A DNA stretch of 64,000 nucleotides from an uncultured Nitrospinota bacterium (GTDB lineage Bacteria > Tectomicrobia > Entotheonellia > J063 > CAVPRW01), in the NCBI GenBank assembly GCA_963707985.1, contig CAVPRW010000030.1, positions 32,001 to 96,000 of the forward strand. Direction: 5' to 3'. Positions 10,377 through 19,635 of this stretch are shown in pieces. Positions within the stretch are counted from its first letter, which is position 1; each line of letters begins with the position of its first letter. A program made the translations under genes and the position numbers. Under the pieces are notes generated by a model that did no database searches, had not been told where the DNA came from, and saw only the letters and a list, made by a program, of their open reading frames with translations.

Positions 10377-10658
10377 CTAAACATCGAGCGAATTCAATGT
10401 AGAAAGGCCCCCGCACCCTTGCCGGCAGGTCTGATACTGGAATCCACACTCCAATTGCCTGCGTAGCCGTCTAAGCGCTATAAACTCGTCACTGATACGC
10501 ACCGATTGCCATATATCCAGAGGGAGTTGCTGTGGTGTTATAAGGGCACTTCCCGGACCAGAGGCTCCAACGGACTTCGTGGGGTAAACCGTGGTCGACT
10601 TGTATATGGATGCTTCTGCAGTGAAACCTGGCATGTTCATTTCATATCTTCTAACCAT
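10377..10658 (-). CDS. Small protein with MNMPGFTAEAS leader and Cys-containing C-terminus
   Basis: GGGGGAG RBS; MPGFTAEASIY...ITPQ then C-x6-C-x3-C; lower GC than flanks. Confidence 0.6.
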   Translation of the reverse strand: MVRRYEMNMPGFTAEASIYKSTTVYPTKSVGASGPGSALITPQQLPLDIWQSVRISDEFIALRRLRRQLECGFQYQTCRQGCGGLSTLNSLDV

Positions 10659-10822
10659 TTCTGCCTACTCCCCCTACAACGGTCATAATAAATAGCATGG
10701 ATGCAGCGAAGTGCGATCCGAACCATATTTCCCATGTCCAGCGTTGGGGTGTTGTGCCTAACGTCGGCGTCTGCTGTTTGGGGGTCGTTTCCATACCGCT
10801 CATTATAGCTCTTTTGTGTGCT

Positions 10823-12245
10823 GGGTCCTTGTCACGGTGCGACCGCCAGTCACGGACCATACCCCAAGACAGACGGCCACTCGTCACCTCGTTTGTTGGC
10901 ACGCCGGAGCTCGACGCGGGGACGCCGGCATCCCATGCTGCGGCCCCGCCTCCCTCGTCGTCGGGCGGTCACTCGAGGGGAGCGGTCTCTTCAGCGGCTT
11001 GACCGCCTCGATCCCCTCCTGCAGAGGGCGCTTAGGCCCCCAGCGTGCTGCACGAGCCCCGACTCCACGCCTGGGTTTCGGCAGGCGCTCGCGGCCCTAG
11101 CGGCCGCAAGCGGCGCGGCATCCGCGCCGACATCCAGCCGGATCCCGGCCGTGCGGGCGTCGAAGGATTCCGGTAGTGGCTGGCGAGTCGCTGGATGATC
11201 TCGGGGGCCAGGCGCCAGTGCAGGGGGCAGGCTGGGGGCACTGAAACGAGCCCGTGGCGAGACAACGACGGCGGTCGCCGCAGACGTGGCGCCGGCCGTG
11301 GTGGACACGGCATCCCCGTGGCCGTCCCGTGCCGGATCGACCGCGGTGACCGGCACTCCACAGCGCCCGGGGCCTGGAAGCTGGCCGCGTACGGCTGCAG
11401 GTGGTGCACCACGTCTGCCCGGGGCATGAAGCCGTCCGGATCGTCCCCCTGAGACGGGACGCCCCGGCAACCGGACCGTCCCGTTGGGGGGCACGCGCGT
11501 ACCGGAGTCCACCGCCCGGGCCGCCCGGCAGGGGCGATCGGCGGGGCCTGTTCCAGCACCCCGTGCGGACGGCCCGGGTGGGTCAGATCGGAGCGGATGG
11601 CCAGCCCGGCCTGTCCGCCGCCCATGCCCCCCACCTCGATCGGCGCAGGCATGGGTCGTGCCTCTTTGCACAGCGGCAGACGCCGACGGCCAGACGGCCG
11701 GCCACCGCCGTCGCACGGCACACGACAGGCCCCCTCCCTGGGGGCGACGCGTCGCGTACGCCCCTCGCGGCCTGCGGCCCACCGCCTTCCCGGGGGGCTC
11801 AGCCTCCCATCGCCCGCGGAGCACTCGCCGTGCGCAGCGCCGCGCTCGACTCGGCGGCGAGCGGCGTGGTCTCCCGTGTCCTAGGCCCCCCGGCATGGCT
11901 GGCTCTGCGCGATCGGCATGCCCCGTTCCACACGCGTCGTGGCCACCGCGTGGCGGAGGCGAGGCGGCGAGACCCGCGTGGTAATCTGGGCGTCGGCGGC
12001 GGTCTCCTGGAGGATTTGCTGGATGCGCCGGGGCGCGTCTGGTGTGTGCGGGACCGTCGCCAAGAGAGACCTGGGAAGGCCTGGAGGCACCGCTCGCGGG
12101 GCCCTGTGGGGCGATCATGAAGGACGCCTGGACAGTCAGCACACTGCCAAGCTGGGAGCGGCGCACCATGCCGCCTCGGTGGTATGTCCCGCAAGCGACA
12201 AGCGCCACCTGTCCGCGACTGGCGGTCGCACCGTGACAGTGACCC
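10823..12245. mobile_element. Non-autonomous element with ~35-bp terminal inverted repeats; decayed tyrosine recombinase and flavin monooxygenase fragments
   Basis: 10823-10857 GGGTCCTTGTCACGGTGCGACCGCCAGTCACGGAC versus the reverse complement of 12211-12245, 3 mismatches. Inside on the minus strand: RRIQQI...VSPPRLRHAVAT and GGGQAGLA...DPDGFMPR. Confidence 0.7.
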
Positions 12246-12346
12246 GATACCCACTGCAGCGGACGGGGGGTCAGCGGTGCTGCATAGCGTGGTGGCTCCG
12301 TCAGCGGTTGGCGGTGGGTCTGCTCCCGCCGCTGAGCGGGAGCGTT
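12246..12346 (+). repeat. attC site (R'' end lost; R' core split by intron)
   Basis: CTGCAGCGGACGGG...CCCGCCGCTGAG..GAGCGTT. The core continues as AGGGCGC at 13762. Confidence 0.75.
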
Positions 12347-13761
12347 GTCGCGCCAAGCAACGCTTGGCGTCTCTGACACGGTGACAGTCCTGGTCGGGCA
12401 AGGGCTCGCCCCCCACCCGTGGCGCGGCGTGCGGCCAGGGCGAGCCGTGGAGACACGGCGCACCAGAGGGGCGAAGCGTCGACAGCGACGCCGGGAGGCC
12501 GCAGGGGTGAGCGCGCCCCCTGCAGTGCTGGGACAGCTTCGAACCGGCGCGTGTGGCGGACGCCGAGGGTGTTCACGCACCCGAAGGCCACACGTGCGCC
12601 CCCGTGCAGGCGAGGCGGGGCAGGTCCGCCGGAGGCCTCAGGCCGTGGCAAGCCGGAAGCGAGGCGCACAAGCACGTGGGAAGCCCCGGAGGCGCCTGCG
12701 GGGAGGCCCCCACAGACGTCTGGGATACAGCGCCCGAGGCACGGACGGGGAACCCCGGACCCGGCACCAGGCTGGCACTTGGGCTCGGCGGTGGCACCCA
12801 GGCCAGGCACGCGGCGACGTCTCGTCCCTGGGACGGCCCGCGGGAGGCTCCTGGGGTGTCTGATCAGGCAGAGGACGCTGAGGGAGGGCACGCCTCCGAC
12901 CTGGGGAAGGACAGGACGGCAGGACGTCGCCCGCACCGGACACTTCGGCCGGACACCGTTGGATCGGAGGACCAGCAGCCAACCGCCCGGCAGGGCATAG
13001 CCAACACAGCGAAAACCGCCACGCCGCACCGATGTCGGGATCGGGACGGAGGCCTGCAGGCGGACCTGGGACTCGACGGCGGGCGGGACCTGACTACGCC
13101 GGCCGCCCGTGGGGTGGAGGGCCTGACCGCAGCGGCCTCCCAGGCCGATGGGCCGGCCACCATCACGGCGTTGGTACAGCGTCTCCAAACGCCACGCGAC
13201 CGGGCCACACGGGTCCGGCGCGGTGACATGCCGCAGGCCAACGGCTCCGACAGGCCGCGCGGGATGCCTGCCCTCGAAGACACACGGGTGCCACGGGCCG
13301 GCGCGACGCGGTGGAGGGCCATCGAGGCGCAGGACGGTCTGGATGGCCGCGACGGCGATGGCCCCGGACGGGGGGCGCTGGACGCGGTCCGTGACCGCAC
13401 CGTCGACCGCCAATGCGGGACGTCGGACGACCTGGGAGAGGCCGACGTGCAAGGCGTCTTCGACCCGCTGGACCACACGCGGCGCTTGACCATGCGGCGC
13501 GCGCGCTCGGCGCGGTGCGTTTCAAGAGCGCCATCGGCGCGGCGGGAAGCGGCCGAGTGTGCCCTGGGCGCCGTGCACCCCGGGCCGGGACCGGAGAGGC
13601 ATAGCCCGGCCGCGCCTCCCGGCGGTCAAGCACCGGAGCGTGGATGCGTGAAGGCGGCGCTTGGCCCCGCGGACGCGAGTCCAACCGAGGAACCGGAGGC
13701 GGGCACACGGCACGGCCGGGACTGCACGGGGGGTGCCGGGTCACCGGCATTCCTACCGTAG
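12347..13761 (+). mobile_element. Group II intron 1 (degenerate, RT internally deleted)
   Basis: 5' GTCGCGCC; decayed RT motifs (VRRGDMPQANGSDRPRGMPALED, EADVQGVFDPLDH); 3' domain V/VI GAGGAACCGG...GGGGGGTGCCGGGTCACCGGCATTCCTACCG. Confidence 0.8.
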
Positions 13762-13787
13762 AGGGCGCAAGAAGGGGAGCTGTCGGC

Positions 13788-14828
13788 GTGGGGACCTTGA
13801 CGAAACTTTGGGCGGGCCGAATTTACGGCACCAACACAGGCAATCTCTTCCTGTCACTGGACGAGACAGGGCCGAAGATAGGCGGCACGCTTCGATCCCT
13901 TGACACCGAATACGGAGTGGCCGCGTATCACTTGGAGGGTACTTTTGAAGATGCTATCAAGCTGACCGGCTCTCCTATTGAAGCGCGTGAGGGAGTTGAA
14001 CTCGGCCAGATTCACGTCACAGCCCATCTGACCCAGCAAGGACATCTTCGCGGAGAATGGAAGTCGACTATCGGAACCGCCGGAATGTTCGTGGCGTATC
14101 CCCACAATCAAGAAGCGGTATCACAGGAGGCCGGTGCGAAGGAGCAGATCCCCGAGCAGTTCTATACACACAACATCGAGCTGGGTTCCGTTAGCCTCTA
14201 CGCACAGGATGTGCGCAGTCTCATAAATGACGTTAGAAAGGACTTCACATCTGGTCGACCAATCACCACATACAGTACCGGAGGACGAGAGGTCACAAAG
14301 TACGCAGAAGATTGTTTGGCAGAGCTGCCCGACCTAGGAACGCTTTCGTATCTCAAGGTGCACATCCAGGAACCAGACGCGCACGGTATCAATCGGATGG
14401 TAGTTGTGGAGTTGAGGGCTTTCGGGATCAATGAAGTTCGAGCACAGGGAGTTAATGAGTCGTGGGTGATTGGTAAGGCGGAGGCGATCGCAGGCCTTCT
14501 CCGGCGGCACCAAAACAGCCTTATCACAACCTACAAGAAGTTCGGGTTAAATCTGAATCAACTTATCTTTCTCGCCATGCTTGTCGCGATCCCCGAGATC
14601 AGATCACTCGGTAGTCGCGCTCTGTTTGTAGCGGTCGTTTTCCTGTTGCTCACGGCGTTGCTTTGGGTACATTTGAGATTCATTCCAAATGCGAAGATTC
14701 GCCTGACTGGCAGCCCACCTACTGCTTTCGCACGCATTTGGCCAACAATCGTGTCGTGGCTGTTTGCCGTAATTGCGTCGCTAGCCGCGGCGTATCTCTA
14801 TACCTCGCTTACCTCCAATGCGCCCTAA
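13788..14828 (+). CDS. Unknown cassette protein: beta-rich N-terminus, soluble middle domain, C-terminal TM helices
   Basis: AAGGGGAG RBS before GTG 13788; intact ~346-aa ORF of lower GC. Stop lies inside GCCCTAAC, complementary to the rebuilt GTT|AGGGCGC. Confidence 0.85.
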   Translation: MGTLTKLWAGRIYGTNTGNLFLSLDETGPKIGGTLRSLDTEYGVAAYHLEGTFEDAIKLTGSPIEAREGVELGQIHVTAHLTQQGHLRGEWKSTIGTAGMFVAYPHNQEAVSQEAGAKEQIPEQFYTHNIELGSVSLYAQDVRSLINDVRKDFTSGRPITTYSTGGREVTKYAEDCLAELPDLGTLSYLKVHIQEPDAHGINRMVVVELRAFGINEVRAQGVNESWVIGKAEAIAGLLRRHQNSLITTYKKFGLNLNQLIFLAMLVAIPEIRSLGSRALFVAVVFLLLTALLWVHLRFIPNAKIRLTGSPPTAFARIWPTIVSWLFAVIASLAAAYLYTSLTSNAP

Positions 14829-14838
14829 CCCCACGCTG

Positions 14839-16656
14839 TTTGCGCCAAGGGAAGCCCGAAACCTTGGGATGGGATGAACAGGCATGAAACTGGTTATGGT
14901 GACCCGGTGGGTGCGCACCGCAGGTGCCAGTCCCACCTGACGAACGCCTCGCCAGCCCGTCAGGAGCGAACCCTCCGTGCGCCACCAGCCATGGCGGCGC
15001 GGAGCGAGGGGGAGCCCGGTGACAGGCCGCGTGAGGGAGCCCCGCAAGTGGGAGCGTGGTGGTCCGTGAGGAGATCCCTCTGCGGGATGGAGGGGAACGC
15101 CGACGGTGTGCAGTGGCCGGAAGGCAGCAGTCCTGGATGCGCCACGGCGAAGCCACCAGGACACCACCGGGGTCTGAGCGCGGGGCAGGTCATCACAGGG
15201 GGCACGCGGGCACGTGGGAGCGCCAGTCGTCTCCTGGACACGATTGCCCGGAAGAGGAGGGCTCCCGGGTGACCAAGCGCCCTGGCGCGGACAGGCGGCT
15301 TCCCGCCGTCCGCGAGCCGGAGACGGGACCCACAGGGGGACAGCAGGCCAGGGACTCGCCCCGCCAGCGCCACGTGAAGCGGGGCGCGAGGGGCGGCTGG
15401 CAGTCGTCGTGGAGCCTCGTCCCGAGGGTCTGCCAGCCAAACGCAGACCGGGACGGGGGGGAACCACGGCCCACGGGACCCACGGGAGGGCAGGCGACAC
15501 CGGGCCGAACGTCGGTGGGCGGGCACGACCGGCGAGACCTGGAGCGCCCCACCGGTCTCCACGCGACTTCAACGGATGGCCGAGCAGGCACGTCAGCACC
15601 CCGCCAGGCCGTGCTGGACGCGGGCCCACCTGATCGACGTGGAGCTGCTGCGGGAAGCCGCTCACCAGAGCGCGCCGCGATGGCGCGCCGGGAGTGGACG
15701 GGGTCACAGCGGAGGCGTACGCTGCGGCCCTTGAGGCCAACCTGGCCGACGTGCACGCGCGGCTAGACCGTGGGCGGTACGCTGCGCCGCCCGTCACGCG
15801 CGCCTAGGGGCCGAAGGAGGACGGCCGTCAGCGACGGATGGGGCTGCCGGCGGTCGAGGACACGGGGGTGCCGCGGGCCGTGGCGAGGCGGCAAGATCGA
15901 GGCGCCAGACGTTCACGACTGCTCGTACGGCTTCCGGGAGGGCCGCAGCCCGCATCAGGCCCGGCAGGTGTGGCGCGAGCGGGGCAGGCAGGAGCCCATG
16001 GGCTGGATTGTTGACGCAGACGTGAGTGCAGGCTTCGATCGCCTGGATCATGACCGGTGGTGCGAGGGGCTCAGGCCACGGGTCACCGATGGGGCGATCC
16101 TGCGCTTGATCCGGAAGTGGCGGCGGGCCGGGGTGCGAGAGGGGGCAACCCGGAGCGACCCGGAGCGCGGCAGTCCACAGGGGGCATGCTCTCCCCCCGG
16201 CTGGCGACCACCTGGCTGGATCATGTCCTGGATGAATGGTGTGCGCAGGAGGGCAAGCCACGCATGAAGGGGCGCTGTGTTCTGCTCCGCGTTGCCGATG
16301 ACGGTGTCATGGGCGGTGAGCGGGAGGATGAGGCGCATCGGATGCTGGCAGACCTGCCGAAGCGGTTTGCGCGCTTTCAGCTCACCATGCATCCGCCGAA
16401 GAGCCGCCTGGTGCCGTTCCAGCCGCCGCGTCAAGAGGGCGACGGCGCGCAGGGGGACGGCACGTTCGCCCACCTGCGGGCGGTGCTGGCGCCGCCCCTC
16501 TCCCGTCTCGTGCAGCACCTCTGATACGTCCTGCAGGGCACCACCTGTTCTGCATCAGAGTCATGCCGACACGCTGATTTCCGCGGAACCGGATGCGTTC
16601 ATGGCGCTCGTCCGGGTCTGTGGGGGGCCTGGCGGGTAACCGCTGGATCTACCCGG
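14839..16656 (+). mobile_element. Group II intron 2 (degenerate RT/maturase)
   Basis: 5' TTTGCGCC; HDCSYGFREGRSPHQA, WIVDADVS..FD.LDH, GSPQG, LLRVADDGV (decayed YADD); 3' GAACCGGATGCG...GTCTGTGGGGGGCC...TCTACCCGG. Boundaries +/-2 nt. Confidence 0.85.
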
Positions 16657-16752
16657 CAGCGGACGGGGGGACAGCGGTGGTTTCTAGCTGGGTAGTTAAG
16701 TTATAGGTCTAGGGTAGTTCTGCCCCGCCGCTGAGTGCTGAGTTCGGGCGTT
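16657..16752 (+). repeat. Middle part of an attC split by intron 2 and IS110 (other parts 14823-14838 and 18323-18326)
   Basis: CAGCGGACGGGGGG...CCCCGCCGCTGAG...GGGCGTT joins CCCTAACCCCACGCTG upstream. Confidence 0.8.
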
Positions 16753-18322
16753 GAGATGACTTGTGCTGTCCAGAGGTGGTCGGAAACATGTTATCGCATG
16801 ATCTTGCTCCCTGTGCATCGGGGCCTCGGAAGAGCCGGAGCCAGTCAACGACGACGGGTGATCCGGCTGATATGCGTGGGTTGGGGACCACCTGACGTGC
16901 GTCCGTCGGGTGCCTGCCTCGCTCGAGGCCCGAGGGTGTCTTGCCGCCTCTGAACACCAGCGAGGATGACACCACACCGGGGCGGCGCCCCTGCCGCTCG
17001 TCGTGTCAAACCTGGCGGTCCTTCGCCTGGGAGCCCGCGACCGAGCTGATCGCGCAGGCCGGTGCGTCACCCGTGGCGCCTGGATGGCACGTGCCCCTTC
17101 ACCTGGTCGGCCAACCGCTTGAGCCATGGCCCCCAGGAAGGCCCTCAGTGCGCGAGCGATGGCCCCCACGACTTGAGGCGCGTGTTGCCCCCGTGCGCTC
17201 AGGTGCCGATCCCGTGTGCAGCGCCGCACGTGGGCCTTCCAACCGAGATCCGGGAGGCGGTTGGGGCGCTGGTCCCGGTGGAGGTGGCGCTGGCGACTCA
17301 CCTGCGCCGGGTCGTGAGAGGCCCAGGCGCCTGCGCCCAGGGCCCGTCGGGCCTGGGGATGGCCCGCCTGGGGGATCCCGCCCTGACGCCGGCGCGCGCC
17401 CCTGGAGTCGTCGGACGGGGTGAGGCCGAGAGCGCTCCGGAGTGGTCTGGGGTGGTCAACGCGGGTGAGGTCCCCGCGCGCAGCGGCGCTGATGACGGCG
17501 ACGGTGCACGGCACCCCCCGCAGGGCCTGGAAGGCCGCGACCAGGGGGCGCAGCCGCCAGGCCTGTACCGGTTCGTGGCGGGCTGGCGCCAGGCGCTGGA
17601 GGCGTGCGGTGGGCTCGGTGACCGCCCGGACGTCCGCTTGGCAGACGCGCTGCGGCGCGGGGGTGGGCCAGACGCCCGCGGCGAGCCCGTGCCGGGGGGT
17701 GGGGTCCCACGTGGCCCGGCCCGTAGACCGGATCGCCGGCCTCAGCCACCAGGCGTTGCGACGGCATTGGGCCGTCTGGAGCTCGCGGCGGGCGGCCTCG
17801 CGGGCACGACTGCGGTGACGGATCGCGTCATCCGCCACCGTCGGGACAGAGACGGGGGTGAGAGCACCCGAGCGCCTCAGGCGTGCTCATTGGACCGTGT
17901 CACGCCGGTCGGTCGTGACGCGATGGCCGGCTGGCTGGGGGAACAAGGACGGCGCAACGACCCAGCCGCTGTGCCCGCTGGGGGTGAGATCACGCTCGCG
18001 CCCATCACCGCACGGAGCTGCCTCGTCGACGAAGACCCGCGGCGGGCTTGTCGACGGCCGCTGACGCATGCGCGTGTCGAGGTCACACGGTCGGGGCCCG
18101 CTCGGGCCCACAGAGACGACTGCGGCCTGGTGGTCTTGGGCCACGTCTGCGACAGCGCTGGACTCATACTGGCCCTCCAAACCGCCAGAGCGCGTGCGAG
18201 ACTGGGGCATGGCGGACCTCCACGGGCTGGGTCAGGCGTCGACCGGATGGGGCTCTGGCGTCTGGCACGCTCACCCACGTGGGCAACGGAGGTCCGCCGA
18301 CCCATGGGAAGGCATGATGTCT
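16753..18322 (-). mobile_element. IS110-family element (degenerate) inserted in the attC core
   Basis: Decayed motifs DEAAPCG (YEAGPCG), VTTDRRD (VKTDRRD), QALRGV, GLTPSDDSRG...QGGI..AG. No TIRs. Flanks rejoin to GTTAGACG. Confidence 0.85.
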
Positions 18323-18373
18323 AGACGCCCAAGAAGCTCACCGAAGTAGCCCCAGCCGCCGCCAACGTGAAGC

Positions 18374-18403
18374 TTGCAAGTAATAGCGCCCGGCGTTATG
18401 ATT
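18374..18403 (+). promoter_or_regulatory. higBA promoter with palindromic operator
   Basis: TTGCAA-17nt-TATGAT with a ATAGCGCC/GGCGTTAT inverted repeat between; ATG follows closely (leaderless-like). Confidence 0.6.
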
Positions 18404-18409
18404 GCAGGC

Positions 18410-18690
18410 ATGATCCAATCTTTTCGCGATCAGTCCACCGCGCAGCTATTTCAACGCCGCCTCTCACGTCGATTCCCGCCAACCCTGCGTAGTATCGCGT
18501 GGCGCAAACTGGCGGTGCTGAATGCGGCGGAACGACTCGACGACCTCCGCGTGTCTCCGGGCAATCGTCTTGAAAAGCTCTCCGGCGATCGTGAGGGGCA
18601 ATGCAGTATTCGCATCAATGAGCGGTGGCGCATCTGCTTTCGCTGGAACGAAGGCCATGCCTACGACGTGGAGATCACGGATTATCATGA
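18410..18690 (+). CDS. higB: HigB toxin (RelE/ParE); stop codon lost, reads in frame into HigA
   Basis: MIQSFRD...LDDLRVSPGNRLEKLSGDREGQ.SIRINE.WRICFRW..VEITDYH. CATGAGGAGG stands where CAT TGA GGAGG is expected. Confidence 0.85.
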
Positions 18691-18700
18691 GGAGGCCACG

Positions 18701-19021
18701 ATGAGCAAGAAGTTTGCCCCTATTCCTCCCGGCGAGATCTTGCTTGAGGAATTTCTGAAGCCCTTAGGCATTAGCCAGTACAGGTTAGCCCGTGATATCG
18801 GCGTCCACCCCCGTCGGATCAACGAAATTGTGCATGGGAAGCGAGCGATTAGTGCCGATACGGCCCTGCGACTCTCACGGTATTTTAGTCTATCGGAGCG
18901 TTTCTGGCTCAATCTCCAAGCACACGATGAGCTGGAAAGAGAGAAAGATCGGCTTGAGGGACGACTGGAGACAGAAGTGAAGGTTCTGGCACGCGAGCAA
19001 GGCGCTGAAATAGCCGTCTAA
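18701..19021 (+). CDS. higA: HigA antitoxin
   Basis: PGEILLEEFLKPLGISQYRLA...INEIVHGKRAISADTALRL..FWLNLQ; GGAGG RBS. Confidence 0.95.
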   Translation: MSKKFAPIPPGEILLEEFLKPLGISQYRLARDIGVHPRRINEIVHGKRAISADTALRLSRYFSLSERFWLNLQAHDELEREKDRLEGRLETEVKVLAREQGAEIAV

Positions 19022-19129
19022 CAACGGGTTGCAGGCGGACGGGAGGGACAGCGGCGGTTTGGTATTCAGTGGCCCAGGCACACGTCAGGGGTGGTTTCGC
19101 CCCCGCCGCTGAACCCTGGGGCGTTAGGC
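19016..19129 (+). repeat. attC site
   Basis: GTCTAAC..GGGTT(G)CAGGCGG...CCGCCGCTGAACCC..GTTAGGC. Confidence 0.85.
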
Positions 19130-19222
19130 TCCGTTCAGGAAGAGAGCTATAGCATGTCATTGTGAAGACGCTCCGTCATCCAGTAGAATCCAGGCAGTGA
19201 TTCCAGAAAGGAGATTTCTACA

Positions 19223-19414
19223 ATGCAAACCGTCAAGTTTGTCTATTGGGAAGAAGACGGAGCGTGGCTTGGCTATCTCCAAGATTACCCCGACTATTGG
19301 ACCCAGGGCGAGACCCTGGACGACCTCCGAGAGCATCTGCGGGATCTGTATCACGACCTGACCAGCGAGGAGTTGCCTGGCATCCGCAAGGTCGACGAAT
19401 TAGTCGTGTCATGA
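19223..19414 (+). CDS. hicB: HicB-like antitoxin (short), cassette
   Basis: YWEEDGAWLGYLQDYPDYWTQGETLDDLREHL; AAGGAG RBS. Confidence 0.85.
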   Translation: MQTVKFVYWEEDGAWLGYLQDYPDYWTQGETLDDLREHLRDLYHDLTSEELPGIRKVDELVVS

Positions 19415-19635
19415 AGCGGGTCGATCTCATCAGAACGATCGAGGGGTGCGGGTGTGTCTTGGTGCGCCATGGCCGCAAGCACGACTGGTACCGCAATCCT
19501 GTCACTGGGATGTCCCAACCCGTGCCGCGGCATCGAGACATCAAGGAAGGACTGGCCAGCCATATCATCAAGGCGTTGAGCACTCCCACCGAAAGGGGTT
19601 CCGATGCGGAAGTCACTGGGGAAAACCGTGCCTAA
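19411..19635 (+). CDS. hicA: HicA toxin, cassette
   Basis: MKRVDLIR...LVRHGRKHDWY.NP....PVPRH.DI; ATGA overlap with hicB. Confidence 0.9.
   Translation: MKRVDLIRTIEGCGCVLVRHGRKHDWYRNPVTGMSQPVPRHRDIKEGLASHIIKALSTPTERGSDAEVTGENRA

Noticed and set aside
10714..10800. CCGAAC...GTTGGGG and GCCTAAC as additional attC sites
   Set aside because: No convincing paired L boxes; too short or degenerate to support.
11881..12090. Tyrosine recombinase fragment as the array's integron integrase
   Set aside because: No IntI-specific insertion is visible, and it lies inside a separate TIR-bounded element in mid-array.
13644..13787. N-terminal extension of ORF 13644..14828
   Set aside because: It is intron domain V/VI sequence. 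The real start is likely GTG 13788 after the RBS.
12347..16656. RT remnants as retron, DGR or CRISPR-associated RT
   Set aside because: Group II intron 5' ends and domain V/VI are present, and no TR/VR pair, msr-msd or cas genes were seen.
10991..18324. Many long (300-530 aa) Arg/Pro/Gly/Ala-rich ORFs on both strands
   Set aside because: They arise from extreme GC content in decayed elements (stop codons erased). Only scattered transposase, RT and recombinase motifs are real.
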